A stretch of 64,000 nucleotides of DNA from positions 62,001 to 126,000 of the IMG/VR virus record IMGVR_UViG_3300007513_000001; one strand, given 5' to 3'. The translations under genes and the position numbers were made by a program. Positions 27,254-37,346 of the stretch are shown one piece after another. Below the pieces are notes generated by a model that had not been told where the DNA came from, did not search any database, and saw only the letters and a program-made list of their open reading frames with translations. The first letter of the stretch is position 1. The number at the start of each line of letters is the position of its first letter.

Positions 27254-28209
27254 TTATTATTACTGGTGCGTGCGGCTTCATAGGCTCGAGAATTCTCTCA
27301 GGCCTTTTTGAGGCTGGGTGCAACGAAAGAGTAATTTTAGTAGATCATTTATCTGATGAAAATGTCAAAAAAATATCTAAATTCCCAATATATGATTTTT
27401 TGACACCGGCTCAATTTTTGAAAAAAAGTAAAGTTATAACTGCAGATGCTTCGTGTGTATTTCACCAAGGCGCAATAACAAACACTACGCATCCAGACAT
27501 TTCTGAAATAATGGAATTAAATTATCGTTACACTAAAATGTTAGTATCTAGTTGCATTTTAAATAAAACAAAAATTGTGTGTGCTTCTTCGGCTGCTGTT
27601 TACGGTAATGGCGATGCAGGTTTTAAAGAGCACGCTGATTGTGAATCTCCTTTAAATGTTTATGGATTTACTAAGCTTTTAGCAGATAATTGGATTAGAC
27701 AAAATGATTTTTTCTCGAATTATGAAGTATTTAGCCTTAGATATTTTAATGTTTATGGAATGGGCGAAGAACACAAGGGAGATATGAGCTCTCCTATTTT
27801 AAAATTTTTTAAAAATGCAAATCACCATGAAAGACAAATCAATATATTTGAAGGTTCAGATAATTTTTTTAGAGATTTTGTTGCTGTGGAAGATGTCGTG
27901 AAAGTAAATCTACAGTGTGCTTTTGATGATATAACACCAGGCGTTTACAACGTGGGATCAGGTAAAAAGATTTCTTTTAGTGATGTAGCTAAAATCACCC
28001 AAGGCTATTTTTCAGATAAAGAATTAGCAATATGCGAAATTAAATTTCCGGAAAAATTAAAAGGAAGATACCAAAGATCGACTCACGCAAACTTGATTAA
28101 TCTTAGAGCTGCAGGATATAAAGAAAAAATGATAGAGCCAGAAGTTGGAATCAAAAAATATCTTTTAGATTTGGATCAAGCAAAAGAAAATGAAAAAAGT
28201 ATTTACTAA
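27250..28209 (+). CDS. hldD: ADP-L-glycero-D-manno-heptose 6-epimerase
   Basis: IIITGACGFIGS, FHQGA, ASSAAVYG, PLNVYGFTK, RYFNVYG.GE.HKG.M.S, RDFV, KGRYQ..T.A. Confidence 0.88.
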   Translation: MIIITGACGFIGSRILSGLFEAGCNERVILVDHLSDENVKKISKFPIYDFLTPAQFLKKSKVITADASCVFHQGAITNTTHPDISEIMELNYRYTKMLVSSCILNKTKIVCASSAAVYGNGDAGFKEHADCESPLNVYGFTKLLADNWIRQNDFFSNYEVFSLRYFNVYGMGEEHKGDMSSPILKFFKNANHHERQINIFEGSDNFFRDFVAVEDVVKVNLQCAFDDITPGVYNVGSGKKISFSDVAKITQGYFSDKELAICEIKFPEKLKGRYQRSTHANLINLRAAGYKEKMIEPEVGIKKYLLDLDQAKENEKSIY

Positions 28210-28582
28210 TGGTTGTTTTGATATACTCCACCGAGGGCATTTAGAGCTTTTGTGGTTTTGCAAATCAGCAGGAGATACCGTCACAGTCGGCCTTAATTCT
28301 GATAAAAGCGTTAAAAAACTGAAGGGCACATCACGGCCAATAAATAGCCAAGAAGATAGAAAATTTCTTTTAGAATCTTTGGCTTGTGTTGATAAAGTAG
28401 TTATTTTTGATGAAGAAACGCCTATCGATCTTATAAAACAATTAAAACCTGATATAATAGTGAAGGGAGGAGACTATTCTCCCGAAGAAGTAGTCGGCTA
28501 TAATCTTGCCGAAGTTATAATTTTTGATACAATAGATGGATATTCAACAACTAACATCGCTAACAATACTGGTGCTGGGTGA
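28190..28582 (+). CDS. rfaE2: Heptose-1-phosphate adenylyltransferase (RfaE/HldE domain II)
   Basis: VFTNGCFDILHRGH, GLNSDKSV..LKG..RPIN, VKGGDY, GYSTT. Confidence 0.9.
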   Translation: MKKVFTNGCFDILHRGHLELLWFCKSAGDTVTVGLNSDKSVKKLKGTSRPINSQEDRKFLLESLACVDKVVIFDEETPIDLIKQLKPDIIVKGGDYSPEEVVGYNLAEVIIFDTIDGYSTTNIANNTGAG

Positions 28583-29321
28583 ATCTTGCATAGATCGATA
28601 CCACGTCGGTTCTTGCGATAGACTAAGTCCGGAATTCCCCGTCCCCGTGTTTAAGAAAAAAGAAACCTTCGACAAACCCGGGATGGCTTCTAACGTCTTA
28701 AGCGGATTTACTAACGTTGGAGTAAACGCAGAGTTAGTTTCTCCGTCTAAAGCTTGTTTAAAAGAAAGGTTTATAGAAGAAAAAACTGGATATCACTTGT
28801 TAAGAGTAGACAGTTTTGATGAAGTAGAAGAGCTTACTGATTCTGAAATTAAAAGCATAAACTTACAAAAATATTCCTGTATAGTAATTTCTGATTATGG
28901 CAAAGGATTTTTAAGCGATGAAATGGCTGTTTATATAAGGAAAAATTTTCCAGGCCCAATTTTTGTTGATACCAAAAAGACAGATCTTTCTTGTTTTTCG
29001 GGATGTATCGTAAAAATAAATGAATTAGAAAGAAATTCTCTTAAAAAACAAAATCCAAAAGCAAAACTTGTTACCACTTTGGGCGCGAGGGGTGCTGAAT
29101 ACGAAGGTGAGGTTTATAGTCCGAATTTTGAAAGAAGCGTGTTCGATGTATGCGGCGCTGGAGATACTTTCTTAACTGCTCTTGTGATAGGGTATATGAT
29201 GTATGGAGATATTAGAGCGGCAATTCCGTTAGCAAATTATTGCGCTGGAATTGCTGTAGAGCAGCGCGGAACATATAAATTAACTTTAAAAAATCTCCAG
29301 GAGTATAAAAATGCCATTTGA
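28536..29321 (+). CDS. rfaE1: Heptose-7-phosphate kinase (RfaE/HldE domain I, PfkB family)
   Basis: LGESCIDRY, RLSPE.PVPV, ISDYGKG, DVCGAGDTF. Confidence 0.85.
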   Translation: MDIQQLTSLTILVLGESCIDRYHVGSCDRLSPEFPVPVFKKKETFDKPGMASNVLSGFTNVGVNAELVSPSKACLKERFIEEKTGYHLLRVDSFDEVEELTDSEIKSINLQKYSCIVISDYGKGFLSDEMAVYIRKNFPGPIFVDTKKTDLSCFSGCIVKINELERNSLKKQNPKAKLVTTLGARGAEYEGEVYSPNFERSVFDVCGAGDTFLTALVIGYMMYGDIRAAIPLANYCAGIAVEQRGTYKLTLKNLQEYKNAI

Positions 29322-30198
29322 GAACGACGCGATAGACACCGTAATAAGTGTTCTTACATTTTGTAATTCAGAAAAAATGACTGAAAGATACGAAATGATG
29401 CAGAAAGCACTTCCAACTCTAGAATCGCTATCAAATGACCCATCTGTGTTTTTAATGCTTTGGGACAATGGATCGAGTAATGATGTAAAAGATTATTTGA
29501 AAACTTTAGATTTCTTTAATTTTCAGTATTTCTCTGAAGAAAATTTATACGATGTTCCAGTCTTGAGAGCTATAGCAGAAGCAGCAAATATCTTGGACGC
29601 AAAATACGTTTGCCACGTGGAAGATGACTTAGAGTTAATAGAGCCAAATAGTTTGTCATCTTTGAAAAAGTTTTTAGAAGAAAATGACGATGTGGGTGGT
29701 GTAAGATTATTAAAATTTGACTTTTATAATAAGAGAAAATATGATAAAAGAAATCCATCTTCAGATGTAGACCGTTCAAATTTTATGACATTAGCAAATA
29801 CTGTTTCTGGCGCTAAACTAAAATGGAGTGAGCCAATCGAGGTAGATCAATACACTTTTTTCAAAGTGAATTGGCATTGGTATAACTTTCCAATATTTAC
29901 CAAATTAGAAACATTTGAAAGGGTAGTTGTGAAGGGAGATATTGAGCCGTTACAAGCCCAAGAGGGAGCGATGGCTAAAAATTTTAATAATCTAGATTTA
30001 AATTTAGCTATTTTAAATGGCGGAGTGTTTAACCATTTAGGATCTTTTAACACCAAGGGGTCTGCTCGATTGTTTGCTAGAGATAATTTAGTAAACAAAA
30101 AAGAGGTTTCCGGTCAATTTCCGGTTTTTGAAGATGGAGAAATCCAATCCGCAGTACAAAAATTTAAACATTCTCTTAACGAGTTTTTGAAAAAATAA
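29311..30198 (+). CDS. GT-A-fold glycosyltransferase-like protein
   Basis: WDNGS and HVEDD (DxD-like); island context. Confidence 0.6.
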   Translation: MPFENDAIDTVISVLTFCNSEKMTERYEMMQKALPTLESLSNDPSVFLMLWDNGSSNDVKDYLKTLDFFNFQYFSEENLYDVPVLRAIAEAANILDAKYVCHVEDDLELIEPNSLSSLKKFLEENDDVGGVRLLKFDFYNKRKYDKRNPSSDVDRSNFMTLANTVSGAKLKWSEPIEVDQYTFFKVNWHWYNFPIFTKLETFERVVVKGDIEPLQAQEGAMAKNFNNLDLNLAILNGGVFNHLGSFNTKGSARLFARDNLVNKKEVSGQFPVFEDGEIQSAVQKFKHSLNEFLKK

Positions 30199-30620
30199 TG
30201 ATTCCAAAACTTCAAAAATTGCAAACATTTAGTACTTCCGAAGGAGAAATGGTACCCATCTATAAAGACTGGGAAGAGTGGCACGAGGGATATGTTCCAA
30301 AAATGGCTTATTTGACGTCAATAGCGCCCAACACCGCCAAAGGCCCAATTCTTCATGAAAAGCGCCGCGGATTTATGATGGCATTCCGCGGAGAGGTCGA
30401 AGTAGAATGTTTGGTAGGAAACAAGATACAAAAATACAATTTGAGAAATAACAAAAACGAGAAATCAGTACTCATCATTCCAGCTGGCGTGCCAAATAGA
30501 ATCTGTAATCTATCTCACGAAGAAGCTATAATTCTAAATTTACCAGATCGTGCTTGGCGGCCCGATGATGAAGATACTCAAAAATTTAATGGATGGGAAG
30601 ATTATTATGGGAAGACTTGA
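30198..30620 (+). CDS. Cupin, RmlC/WxcM-like sugar epimerase or isomerase
   Basis: AKGPILHEKR and IIPAGV cupin motifs; lies next to the dTDP-glucose dehydratase. Confidence 0.7.
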   Translation: MIPKLQKLQTFSTSEGEMVPIYKDWEEWHEGYVPKMAYLTSIAPNTAKGPILHEKRRGFMMAFRGEVEVECLVGNKIQKYNLRNNKNEKSVLIIPAGVPNRICNLSHEEAIILNLPDRAWRPDDEDTQKFNGWEDYYGKT

Positions 30621-31572
30621 TAAAAAACTTACTATTGTAGTTACAGGCGGCCTTGGATTTATTGGTAGCCACTTTGTTGACCGCGCTTTAGATCTCGGTC
30701 ATCGAGTAATAAATTATGATAAAGAAACATACGCTGCACACACTAATTTAAAATTTAAAGGTAACTATGAATATGTCAAAACAGACATAGCAGAACTTAA
30801 ATCAATACCGTACTGTGACGTTATTGTTAATTTTGCTGCTGAATCTCACGTGGATAATTCTATAGAAGAAAGCTTTGCTTTTATGAAATCTAATATTCTT
30901 GGCGTGTATAACATTTTAGAAATCCTTAAGAACACCAAGATAAACAGTTTGGTTTCAGCGTGGGAATATAATTTTCCCTTGTTTGTGCAAATTAGTACAG
31001 ATGAAGTTTTTGGAGATATTGAAGAAGGATTTTTCAAAGAAGAAGCTGTTCACACACCAAGTAATCCATATTCAGCTACTAAATCAGCGGCTGAGCAATT
31101 AGTAGTTGCGTGGGCCAGAACTTTTGACATACCGTTCTTACTAACTAGAACAACCAACAATTACGGTCCGCGGCAAAATTCTGAAAAATTAATTCCACGA
31201 GCCATAACGGACATCATTAAAGGTGAGAAAGTCCCTATTCATGGCGGTGGCTCTTACGTAAGAAACTGGATTCACGTAGAAGATAATGTTGGTGCTATAT
31301 TAAAAATAATAGATGCAGGAGAGGTTAATGAATCATATCATATAGCATCTGACGAAGAATATTCAGTGAAAGAAATAGTTGAAATGATTTGTGAAGAAAT
31401 GAAAGTAAAGTATGAGAATGTTACGGATACTTCTTTGGATAGATCTGGTGCCGATGTAAGATATGCTTTAAATTGCGACAAGCTTAAAGCGCTGGGTTGG
31501 AAGCAAGATAAAAAATTGAAACAAAGTTTGCCAGAAATTATAGAATATTATAGGAAAGCTTTAAATGTCTGA
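30607..31572 (+). CDS. rmlB: dTDP-glucose 4,6-dehydratase (start moved from 30550 to ATG 30607)
   Basis: TGGLGFIGSHF, NFAAESHVDNSI, ISTDEVFG, PSNPYSATK, NNYGPRQ..EKLIP. Confidence 0.9.
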   Translation: MGRLDKKLTIVVTGGLGFIGSHFVDRALDLGHRVINYDKETYAAHTNLKFKGNYEYVKTDIAELKSIPYCDVIVNFAAESHVDNSIEESFAFMKSNILGVYNILEILKNTKINSLVSAWEYNFPLFVQISTDEVFGDIEEGFFKEEAVHTPSNPYSATKSAAEQLVVAWARTFDIPFLLTRTTNNYGPRQNSEKLIPRAITDIIKGEKVPIHGGGSYVRNWIHVEDNVGAILKIIDAGEVNESYHIASDEEYSVKEIVEMICEEMKVKYENVTDTSLDRSGADVRYALNCDKLKALGWKQDKKLKQSLPEIIEYYRKALNV

Positions 31573-32602
31573 TGAAAATAAAATAACCGGGTCAAGGATT
31601 TTAATTTTCGGTGGAACTGGCTCACTCGGAAAAACTTTGATTAAAAGGTTTTTAAAAGACAATAAAGTCTGCGCTTATTCTAGAGACGAATCTAAGCACT
31701 GGACACTCAAGAACGAGATAGATGATAGTAACCTAACGTTTTTTATTGGAGATATCAGAGATAAGCAGAGATGCTTAGAAGCCTTGCTTTCTTTTAGGCC
31801 AACGCATATTATAATAGCTTCAGCCCTTAAGCATGTAGATGTTTGTGAGAGATCTCCATATGAAAGTGTTTTAACCAACATAGAAGGAGTGGCAAACATA
31901 GTCAAGTGTGTAAATGAAAATATTCAGTCTCTTGACTATCTTGAAACAGTTCTTATGGTTAGTACAGACAAAGCGTGTTCGCCAATAAATGTTTATGGAA
32001 TGTGCAAAGCTATAGCAGAGCGAATGGTCACTTCTTGTGCAGCGCTAGAATCTAAAATTAAGTTTGTTGCAGTTAGATATGGAAATGTTTTAGAGTCTAG
32101 AGGAAGCATCATTCCGCTGTTCAAGTATCAAGCCGAAAATAAAGACAGCATAACAATAACTCATAATGAAATGACAAGATATGTTATGACTCTAGACGAA
32201 AGTGTTGATTTAATAGAGACAGCTATGCTGGAAGGCAACTCTGGAGAAACGTGGATACCAGCACTTCCAGCTATGAAAATATTAGATCTCGCAGAAATAT
32301 ATTCAGAGATGTATGGAAAACCAATTAAAGTGATTGGCATGCGACCAGGAGAAAAACTTCATGAGTCGTTAATAAACGATTCTGAGTCTTTAAGAACAAA
32401 TAAGGGTAAAAAATATTCTGTAGTGCTACCCTCATATACAAAACCATTTAACGGTAAAGAGTTCAGCATGAGAAGTGATGATTCTTTAATGACAAAAGAA
32501 GAACTTAGAAATCACTTAGAAGACTTAGATATATTACAAAAACCGCTTTCACAATTTATCGGAAAAAATATAGAAGACATAAATGTAGGGAAAAAGACAT
32601 GA
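31565..32602 (+). CDS. UDP-GlcNAc 4,6-dehydratase (PseB/FnlA/CapE family)
   Basis: FGGTGSLG, ALKHV, STDKAC.P.NVYG..K, RYGNVL.SRGSIIP, MTRY, RPGEKLHE. Confidence 0.9.
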   Translation: MSDENKITGSRILIFGGTGSLGKTLIKRFLKDNKVCAYSRDESKHWTLKNEIDDSNLTFFIGDIRDKQRCLEALLSFRPTHIIIASALKHVDVCERSPYESVLTNIEGVANIVKCVNENIQSLDYLETVLMVSTDKACSPINVYGMCKAIAERMVTSCAALESKIKFVAVRYGNVLESRGSIIPLFKYQAENKDSITITHNEMTRYVMTLDESVDLIETAMLEGNSGETWIPALPAMKILDLAEIYSEMYGKPIKVIGMRPGEKLHESLINDSESLRTNKGKKYSVVLPSYTKPFNGKEFSMRSDDSLMTKEELRNHLEDLDILQKPLSQFIGKNIEDINVGKKT

Positions 32603-33726
32603 AGTATCCATTATTTAAAGTGCATATTGACATTGAAGATGCTTTAAGCAGAATTAGAGAAGTGTTTGAATCTGGTTTTTTAAACGAAGGAAGAGAAGTA
32701 CTTCAAATTAGGCAAATGCTACGAGAGATATGGGGCTTAGAAAATATAACAATGACTAGTTCTTGTACTGGTTCTTTGATAATGGCTCTTAAAATAGCTG
32801 GAGTTAAATCGGGAGACGAAGTAATAGCACCCTCCATGACTTGCGTAGCAACCAATGTTTCGACAGAATGGTTAGGTGCAAAAACTGTTTGGGCTGATAT
32901 AGATCCAAAAACTGGAAACGTAGACCCGAATGATGTAGCTAAAAAAATAACAGAAAAAACTAAAGCTATTATATGCGTCGACTGGGCTGGTATTCCTTGT
33001 AAGCTAGAAGAGCTTCAAAAAATATGTACAGAAAATGGAATAAAATTAATTCAAGATGCTGCGCATGGATTTGGAAGTGAGTACAAAGGAAAAGAAATCT
33101 GCCATTGGGCAGATATAACTTGCTATAGCTTCCAAGCGATCAAACATATAACAACTGGAGACGGCGGAGCCATTGTATGCTTAAGCGACGAAGATCATGA
33201 AAAAGCCGGTCGTTTAAAATGGTATGGATTTGATAGAGATCGGCTTAAGGACGAAGACGGAAACTGGAAAGGGAAAAGGTGGGATTCGAACATCGAAGAA
33301 GTTGGCTGGAAGCTTAATATGAACAATATGTCAGCTGTTTTGGGCATGTCTAATCTAGAAAGGCGAGAGAAGATTATAGGTTCCCACAAGAAAAATGCTT
33401 CAATATACAAAGAAATGTTTTTGCAAACTTCTAATATAACATCTTTAGAAGTTGAAGAATATATGGATCCATCTTACTGGATTTACACTGTTATTTTGGA
33501 TGAATCTATAGATAGAGATTCTATAATTGAGAAACTTTCTGAAAAGGAAATCCATTCAGGAATGGTTCATATACCTAACCACCCTTACGATTGCTTTGAA
33601 GAAAGCCCGAAATTAGAACATACTGAAAAATTTGCTATGCATCAAATTTGTATACCTTGCGGTTGGTGGCTTTCAGAAGAAGATGTTCGCTACATTGGAA
33701 ATAGCTTAATAGAACTTTGCGGGTAG
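32599..33726 (+). CDS. DegT/DnrJ/EryC1/StrS PLP-dependent sugar aminotransferase
   Basis: IQDAAH, YSFQAIKHITTGDGG (PLP lysine). Confidence 0.92.
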   Translation: MKYPLFKVHIDIEDALSRIREVFESGFLNEGREVLQIRQMLREIWGLENITMTSSCTGSLIMALKIAGVKSGDEVIAPSMTCVATNVSTEWLGAKTVWADIDPKTGNVDPNDVAKKITEKTKAIICVDWAGIPCKLEELQKICTENGIKLIQDAAHGFGSEYKGKEICHWADITCYSFQAIKHITTGDGGAIVCLSDEDHEKAGRLKWYGFDRDRLKDEDGNWKGKRWDSNIEEVGWKLNMNNMSAVLGMSNLERREKIIGSHKKNASIYKEMFLQTSNITSLEVEEYMDPSYWIYTVILDESIDRDSIIEKLSEKEIHSGMVHIPNHPYDCFEESPKLEHTEKFAMHQICIPCGWWLSEEDVRYIGNSLIELCG

Positions 33727-34484
33727 CTGTGGATCAATTAAAAAAAATTAATTGCGGAATTCTTTTTAACGCTAAAGAAAATAATTTTTCTGAATATTTG
33801 TCTTGGCTCAATGATTATGCTTTAGAAAATAAAGACGTAGACTTAAAAATATTCACCAACGATATTTCTTTTGTGGAGAAACATTTTCTGATAGAAAAAT
33901 CTCAAATATTAGATTCCTTTAATGAAATTTTAGATTTTTCTGATTTGCTAATTTCTTTGGGTTTTTGGAAGATAATAAAGAAAGAAAACATAGAAAAAGT
34001 TCCTTTGGGAATAGTAAATTTTCATCATTCTTATAGACTAAAATATAGGGGAAGGCATTGTTCTACTTGGGTTTTAAAAAATAATGAAACGCACCATGGA
34101 AGTACGATGCATTACTTAGATGAAAATTTAGATCAAGGCAAAATTATAGATTCAAAAAAATTTAAAATTAGTTGCGATGATGTAGCAGAAGATCTTTTTG
34201 AAAAAGCAAATGATGCTGGATTGCAAATCCTAAAAGAAAATTTTGGTTTATTAATACGGGGAAAAGTTGACAATAAAATAAACTTAAGTGAAAAACAACA
34301 TCTTTATAAGAAAAATGATTTAAGGCACGAAATATCTAATAGTTTCATAAATCATGAAAATGACCTTTTAAGAGAGATAAGGTCACTTACGTTTAGCAAT
34401 AAGCCCTCTCCATACATAATGCTTAACAACAAAAAAGTGTATCTAAAGTTAGAAGATTATGACTCAGGAATTTTAGGAAAATAA
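33717..34484 (+). CDS. Sugar N-formyltransferase (Fmt-like fold)
   Basis: NFHHS...RG, GSTMHYLDENLDQGKI. Confidence 0.8.
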   Translation: MRVAVDQLKKINCGILFNAKENNFSEYLSWLNDYALENKDVDLKIFTNDISFVEKHFLIEKSQILDSFNEILDFSDLLISLGFWKIIKKENIEKVPLGIVNFHHSYRLKYRGRHCSTWVLKNNETHHGSTMHYLDENLDQGKIIDSKKFKISCDDVAEDLFEKANDAGLQILKENFGLLIRGKVDNKINLSEKQHLYKKNDLRHEISNSFINHENDLLREIRSLTFSNKPSPYIMLNNKKVYLKLEDYDSGILGK

Positions 34485-34487
34485 ATA

Positions 34488-35177
34488 ATGAATTTTAAAA
34501 AGAGCAATCCATTTAGTCTAAAATACTATAAAGAGATTATTGGTGGAGCTAAAAAAGCCGGGTATGAGTTTTGCACAGTTTCTGAATTTTATCAAAAGGG
34601 GTGTCCTAGCAAAAAACATTTTATTCTTAGACATGATATAGACATTGTGCCAAACTCAGTTCAACAAATGATAGATATCGAGAATGATGAAAAAGTTAAG
34701 GCTACTTATTACGTAAGAGTTTTTGGTTCTCCGTATAACCCGTTTGATTACAATATATTCAACTGCTTAAAAGTTGCGGAATCTCAAGGCCATGAAATCG
34801 GTCTCCACACAAATCCAGTAGAGTTTGCCGAAATAAATGGAATAAATCCTATTGATGTAGTAATAACAGAGTACAACGTTTTAAAAAGCCAATTTAACGT
34901 AAAGAGCATATCAACACATAGAGATTTAAACTACATGTATAATTCTTTACCGTGGCTAGAAGAAAATTGGGAAAAAATTAAAACCGCAACAAAGCTAGAG
35001 TGCCAAGCTTACGACGCTGCAATTTTTGAGAATTCTGTGTACGTTAATGAAGGATTAAATCCTCATATTTGCTGGAGAAACCATCGGCCAGAAGATGTTA
35101 TAAAGACTGACGAATCAATTTATATGCTAACGCATAATCACTGGTGGTACAACAAGCATCCGTTTGAGATAAGGTAG
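34488..35177 (+). CDS. Polysaccharide deacetylase-like (NodB fold) protein
   Basis: ILRHDID, KATYY, GHEIGLH, LTHNHWW. Confidence 0.7.
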   Translation: MNFKKSNPFSLKYYKEIIGGAKKAGYEFCTVSEFYQKGCPSKKHFILRHDIDIVPNSVQQMIDIENDEKVKATYYVRVFGSPYNPFDYNIFNCLKVAESQGHEIGLHTNPVEFAEINGINPIDVVITEYNVLKSQFNVKSISTHRDLNYMYNSLPWLEENWEKIKTATKLECQAYDAAIFENSVYVNEGLNPHICWRNHRPEDVIKTDESIYMLTHNHWWYNKHPFEIR

Positions 35178-35179
35178 TT

Positions 35180-35860
35180 ATGGCATTAGAAAAAGAAAAA
35201 AAAGATGTGATCATATTTTGTGGATATCGCTCTTGGGCAGAAAGTATTTTCACAGAGCTAAAAGAAAAATACAGTAGCTTTAATTGGTATTCTGCAAATA
35301 AGCCAGATCAACTAGAAAATTTATTGCAAATAAAAGAAGTAAAGCTCGTAATACTTGCGGGGTGGAGTTGGATTATTTCAAAAGATGTGGTTGAAAAAAA
35401 CTTTATAGTAGGATTGCACCCTTCAGATTTGCCCAATTATGCGGGTGGATCTCCAATACAAAATCAAGTTTTAGATGGAATAGAAAATACCAAAATGTCT
35501 TTATTTAAAGTAAGCCCTAAAATAGATAAAGGAGAAATTTTATATAAGTCTAACCTTAGTTTGTCTGGCGGCATGGAAGACATTTTTAAAAATTTAGCTT
35601 CTTCTAGTTTGCAAGTCTTAGATCTCATGTTTGCAGATTACCCGAACATAAAGCTTCACTCGCAAGTTGGAGAGGGTAAAAGCTGCAGAAGACTTAAGCC
35701 AAAAGATAGTAAGATTGATTTTAAATTTAGCGAAATGACAGCAAAAGAAATGTATGACTTTATAAGATGTAGAGAAGATCCATACCCCAATGTTTATCTA
35801 GAAGATGAAACAGGAATATTATATTTTAAAAAAGTAGACTTTGTAGAAAAAAGGAATTAA
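35180..35860 (+). CDS. Second formyltransferase-like protein
   Basis: LAGWSWII, GLHPSDLPNYAGGSPIQNQ, DKGEI, DPYPN. Confidence 0.82.
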   Translation: MALEKEKKDVIIFCGYRSWAESIFTELKEKYSSFNWYSANKPDQLENLLQIKEVKLVILAGWSWIISKDVVEKNFIVGLHPSDLPNYAGGSPIQNQVLDGIENTKMSLFKVSPKIDKGEILYKSNLSLSGGMEDIFKNLASSSLQVLDLMFADYPNIKLHSQVGEGKSCRRLKPKDSKIDFKFSEMTAKEMYDFIRCREDPYPNVYLEDETGILYFKKVDFVEKRN

Positions 35861-35862
35861 AA

Positions 35863-36606
35863 ATGAAAACATGCTTAGTAGTTCCGTTTTATTTCGGCGC
35901 AAGAAGAATACGTTCTGGGCACCAAACATTTAAATGCGCTAAAGACGTAATTGATCTTGCTAGAGTGTGTTTTGAAAAATACACCGCTTGGGATTCTGGC
36001 TGCGATACAGATATAATCTTTGTTAATAATTCTCCGGAAGTAGAAGAATCTGCAGAATTTTTAAAAAAAATAAATGGTTCTAAAGTAAAAAACGGAAAAT
36101 TAATTGTAATAGAAGGCAATAATATTGGCATGGGCTTCGGCGCTCATAGTTTAGCTTATGACACTTTCAGAGATGATTACGATTATTGGATGTTTACAGA
36201 AGACGATACTATTATCACTAAGAAAAATTTAATGAAGATCGCGATAGACCAACTTAGGTCTAGTTCTAAAATAGGGTTTATCGCTTGTTATGGCTTAGCG
36301 GGAAATCATGCCCACGGAGGAATAGGTTGTACCTCTAGAGAAAACTTAGAAAAAGTATGGAAAGTTCACGGAAAGTTACCTCACCACGAATCTATACCAG
36401 ATCTTACTGATAATGTAAAATTTAAAAATACTCATATAATCCATGGAGAAATAGCTTTTACTAAATGTTATGTTGACTTGGGCATGAAGATAGAAAAAGT
36501 AGCTAGTGATGGTGTTCCCTTTTGCAGGTGGGATAAAGATGAGTCGCCTTATAACGATAAAAGAGACAAAAAAAATTGGGGAGAGATAGCGCAGTGTTTG
36601 AAGTAA
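35863..36606 (+). CDS. Putative GT-A glycosyltransferase-like protein
   Basis: IIFVNN, FTEDD (DxD-like); island context. Confidence 0.5.
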   Translation: MKTCLVVPFYFGARRIRSGHQTFKCAKDVIDLARVCFEKYTAWDSGCDTDIIFVNNSPEVEESAEFLKKINGSKVKNGKLIVIEGNNIGMGFGAHSLAYDTFRDDYDYWMFTEDDTIITKKNLMKIAIDQLRSSSKIGFIACYGLAGNHAHGGIGCTSRENLEKVWKVHGKLPHHESIPDLTDNVKFKNTHIIHGEIAFTKCYVDLGMKIEKVASDGVPFCRWDKDESPYNDKRDKKNWGEIAQCLK

Positions 36607-37337
36607 ATAACAAAAAATTGCTAAGCGAGGGCTACATTGTTTTAGACAAATTTTTAACTGTAGAAGAATGTAGAAAGATTGAAGAAGAATTTTTAAATTT
36701 ATTAGAGACAATTGATATTTCTAAAACTGCTAATCATCCTAAGCTTAAAGTGGCTAACCATACAAAAACTAGAGAAGTTTCGGGAAATTTAGGAAATCTT
36801 TCTATGCCAGTCTTGCTCATTAGAGGCCATAACGGCTTTGATGATAATATGATAGAGCTTTTTAAAGCAGAAAAGTTGATTAATTTACCCGTAGAAAAAA
36901 TAAAGGCAGCAATTTCTTCTGCTGGCTTTTATGATTGCCGTTTAAGTTTTTCTTTATATTACAACGATAGTATTTCTAACACTCGAGGTTACCACCGCGA
37001 CGCCTCTCCATTGCCGCATCCCTTATATCCACGCGAAACTAAAAAGCTATATAAGTTTTTTATGTATGTAACCGACGTTTTTTCTATAGACCAGGGACCA
37101 TATTCTTATATTTCTAATACGCACTCGTGGGAAGGAAGTTTAAAAATTGCAGATCAGTTTAATGGGTCATATCTTAAACCTGGTGAAAAAGAAGAGCACG
37201 ATATAGATTTAGATCCTAAAATATTTTTAGGAAAAGCTGGCCTTGCTTTAATATCTGATCAAGCTGGATTCCATCGGGGGCTCCCACAAAGCAAGGGGTC
37301 TAAAAGAATTATGCTGGTATGTAAAATAAGGAGTTAA
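36576..37337 (+). CDS. 2OG-Fe(II) oxygenase (PhyH-like)
   Basis: EGYIVL, YHRDA (HxD), GPYSY, GFHRG (distal His), R-x-x-L strand. Confidence 0.78.
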   Translation: MGRDSAVFEVNNKKLLSEGYIVLDKFLTVEECRKIEEEFLNLLETIDISKTANHPKLKVANHTKTREVSGNLGNLSMPVLLIRGHNGFDDNMIELFKAEKLINLPVEKIKAAISSAGFYDCRLSFSLYYNDSISNTRGYHRDASPLPHPLYPRETKKLYKFFMYVTDVFSIDQGPYSYISNTHSWEGSLKIADQFNGSYLKPGEKEEHDIDLDPKIFLGKAGLALISDQAGFHRGLPQSKGSKRIMLVCKIRS

Positions 37338-37346
37338 GGAAAGACA

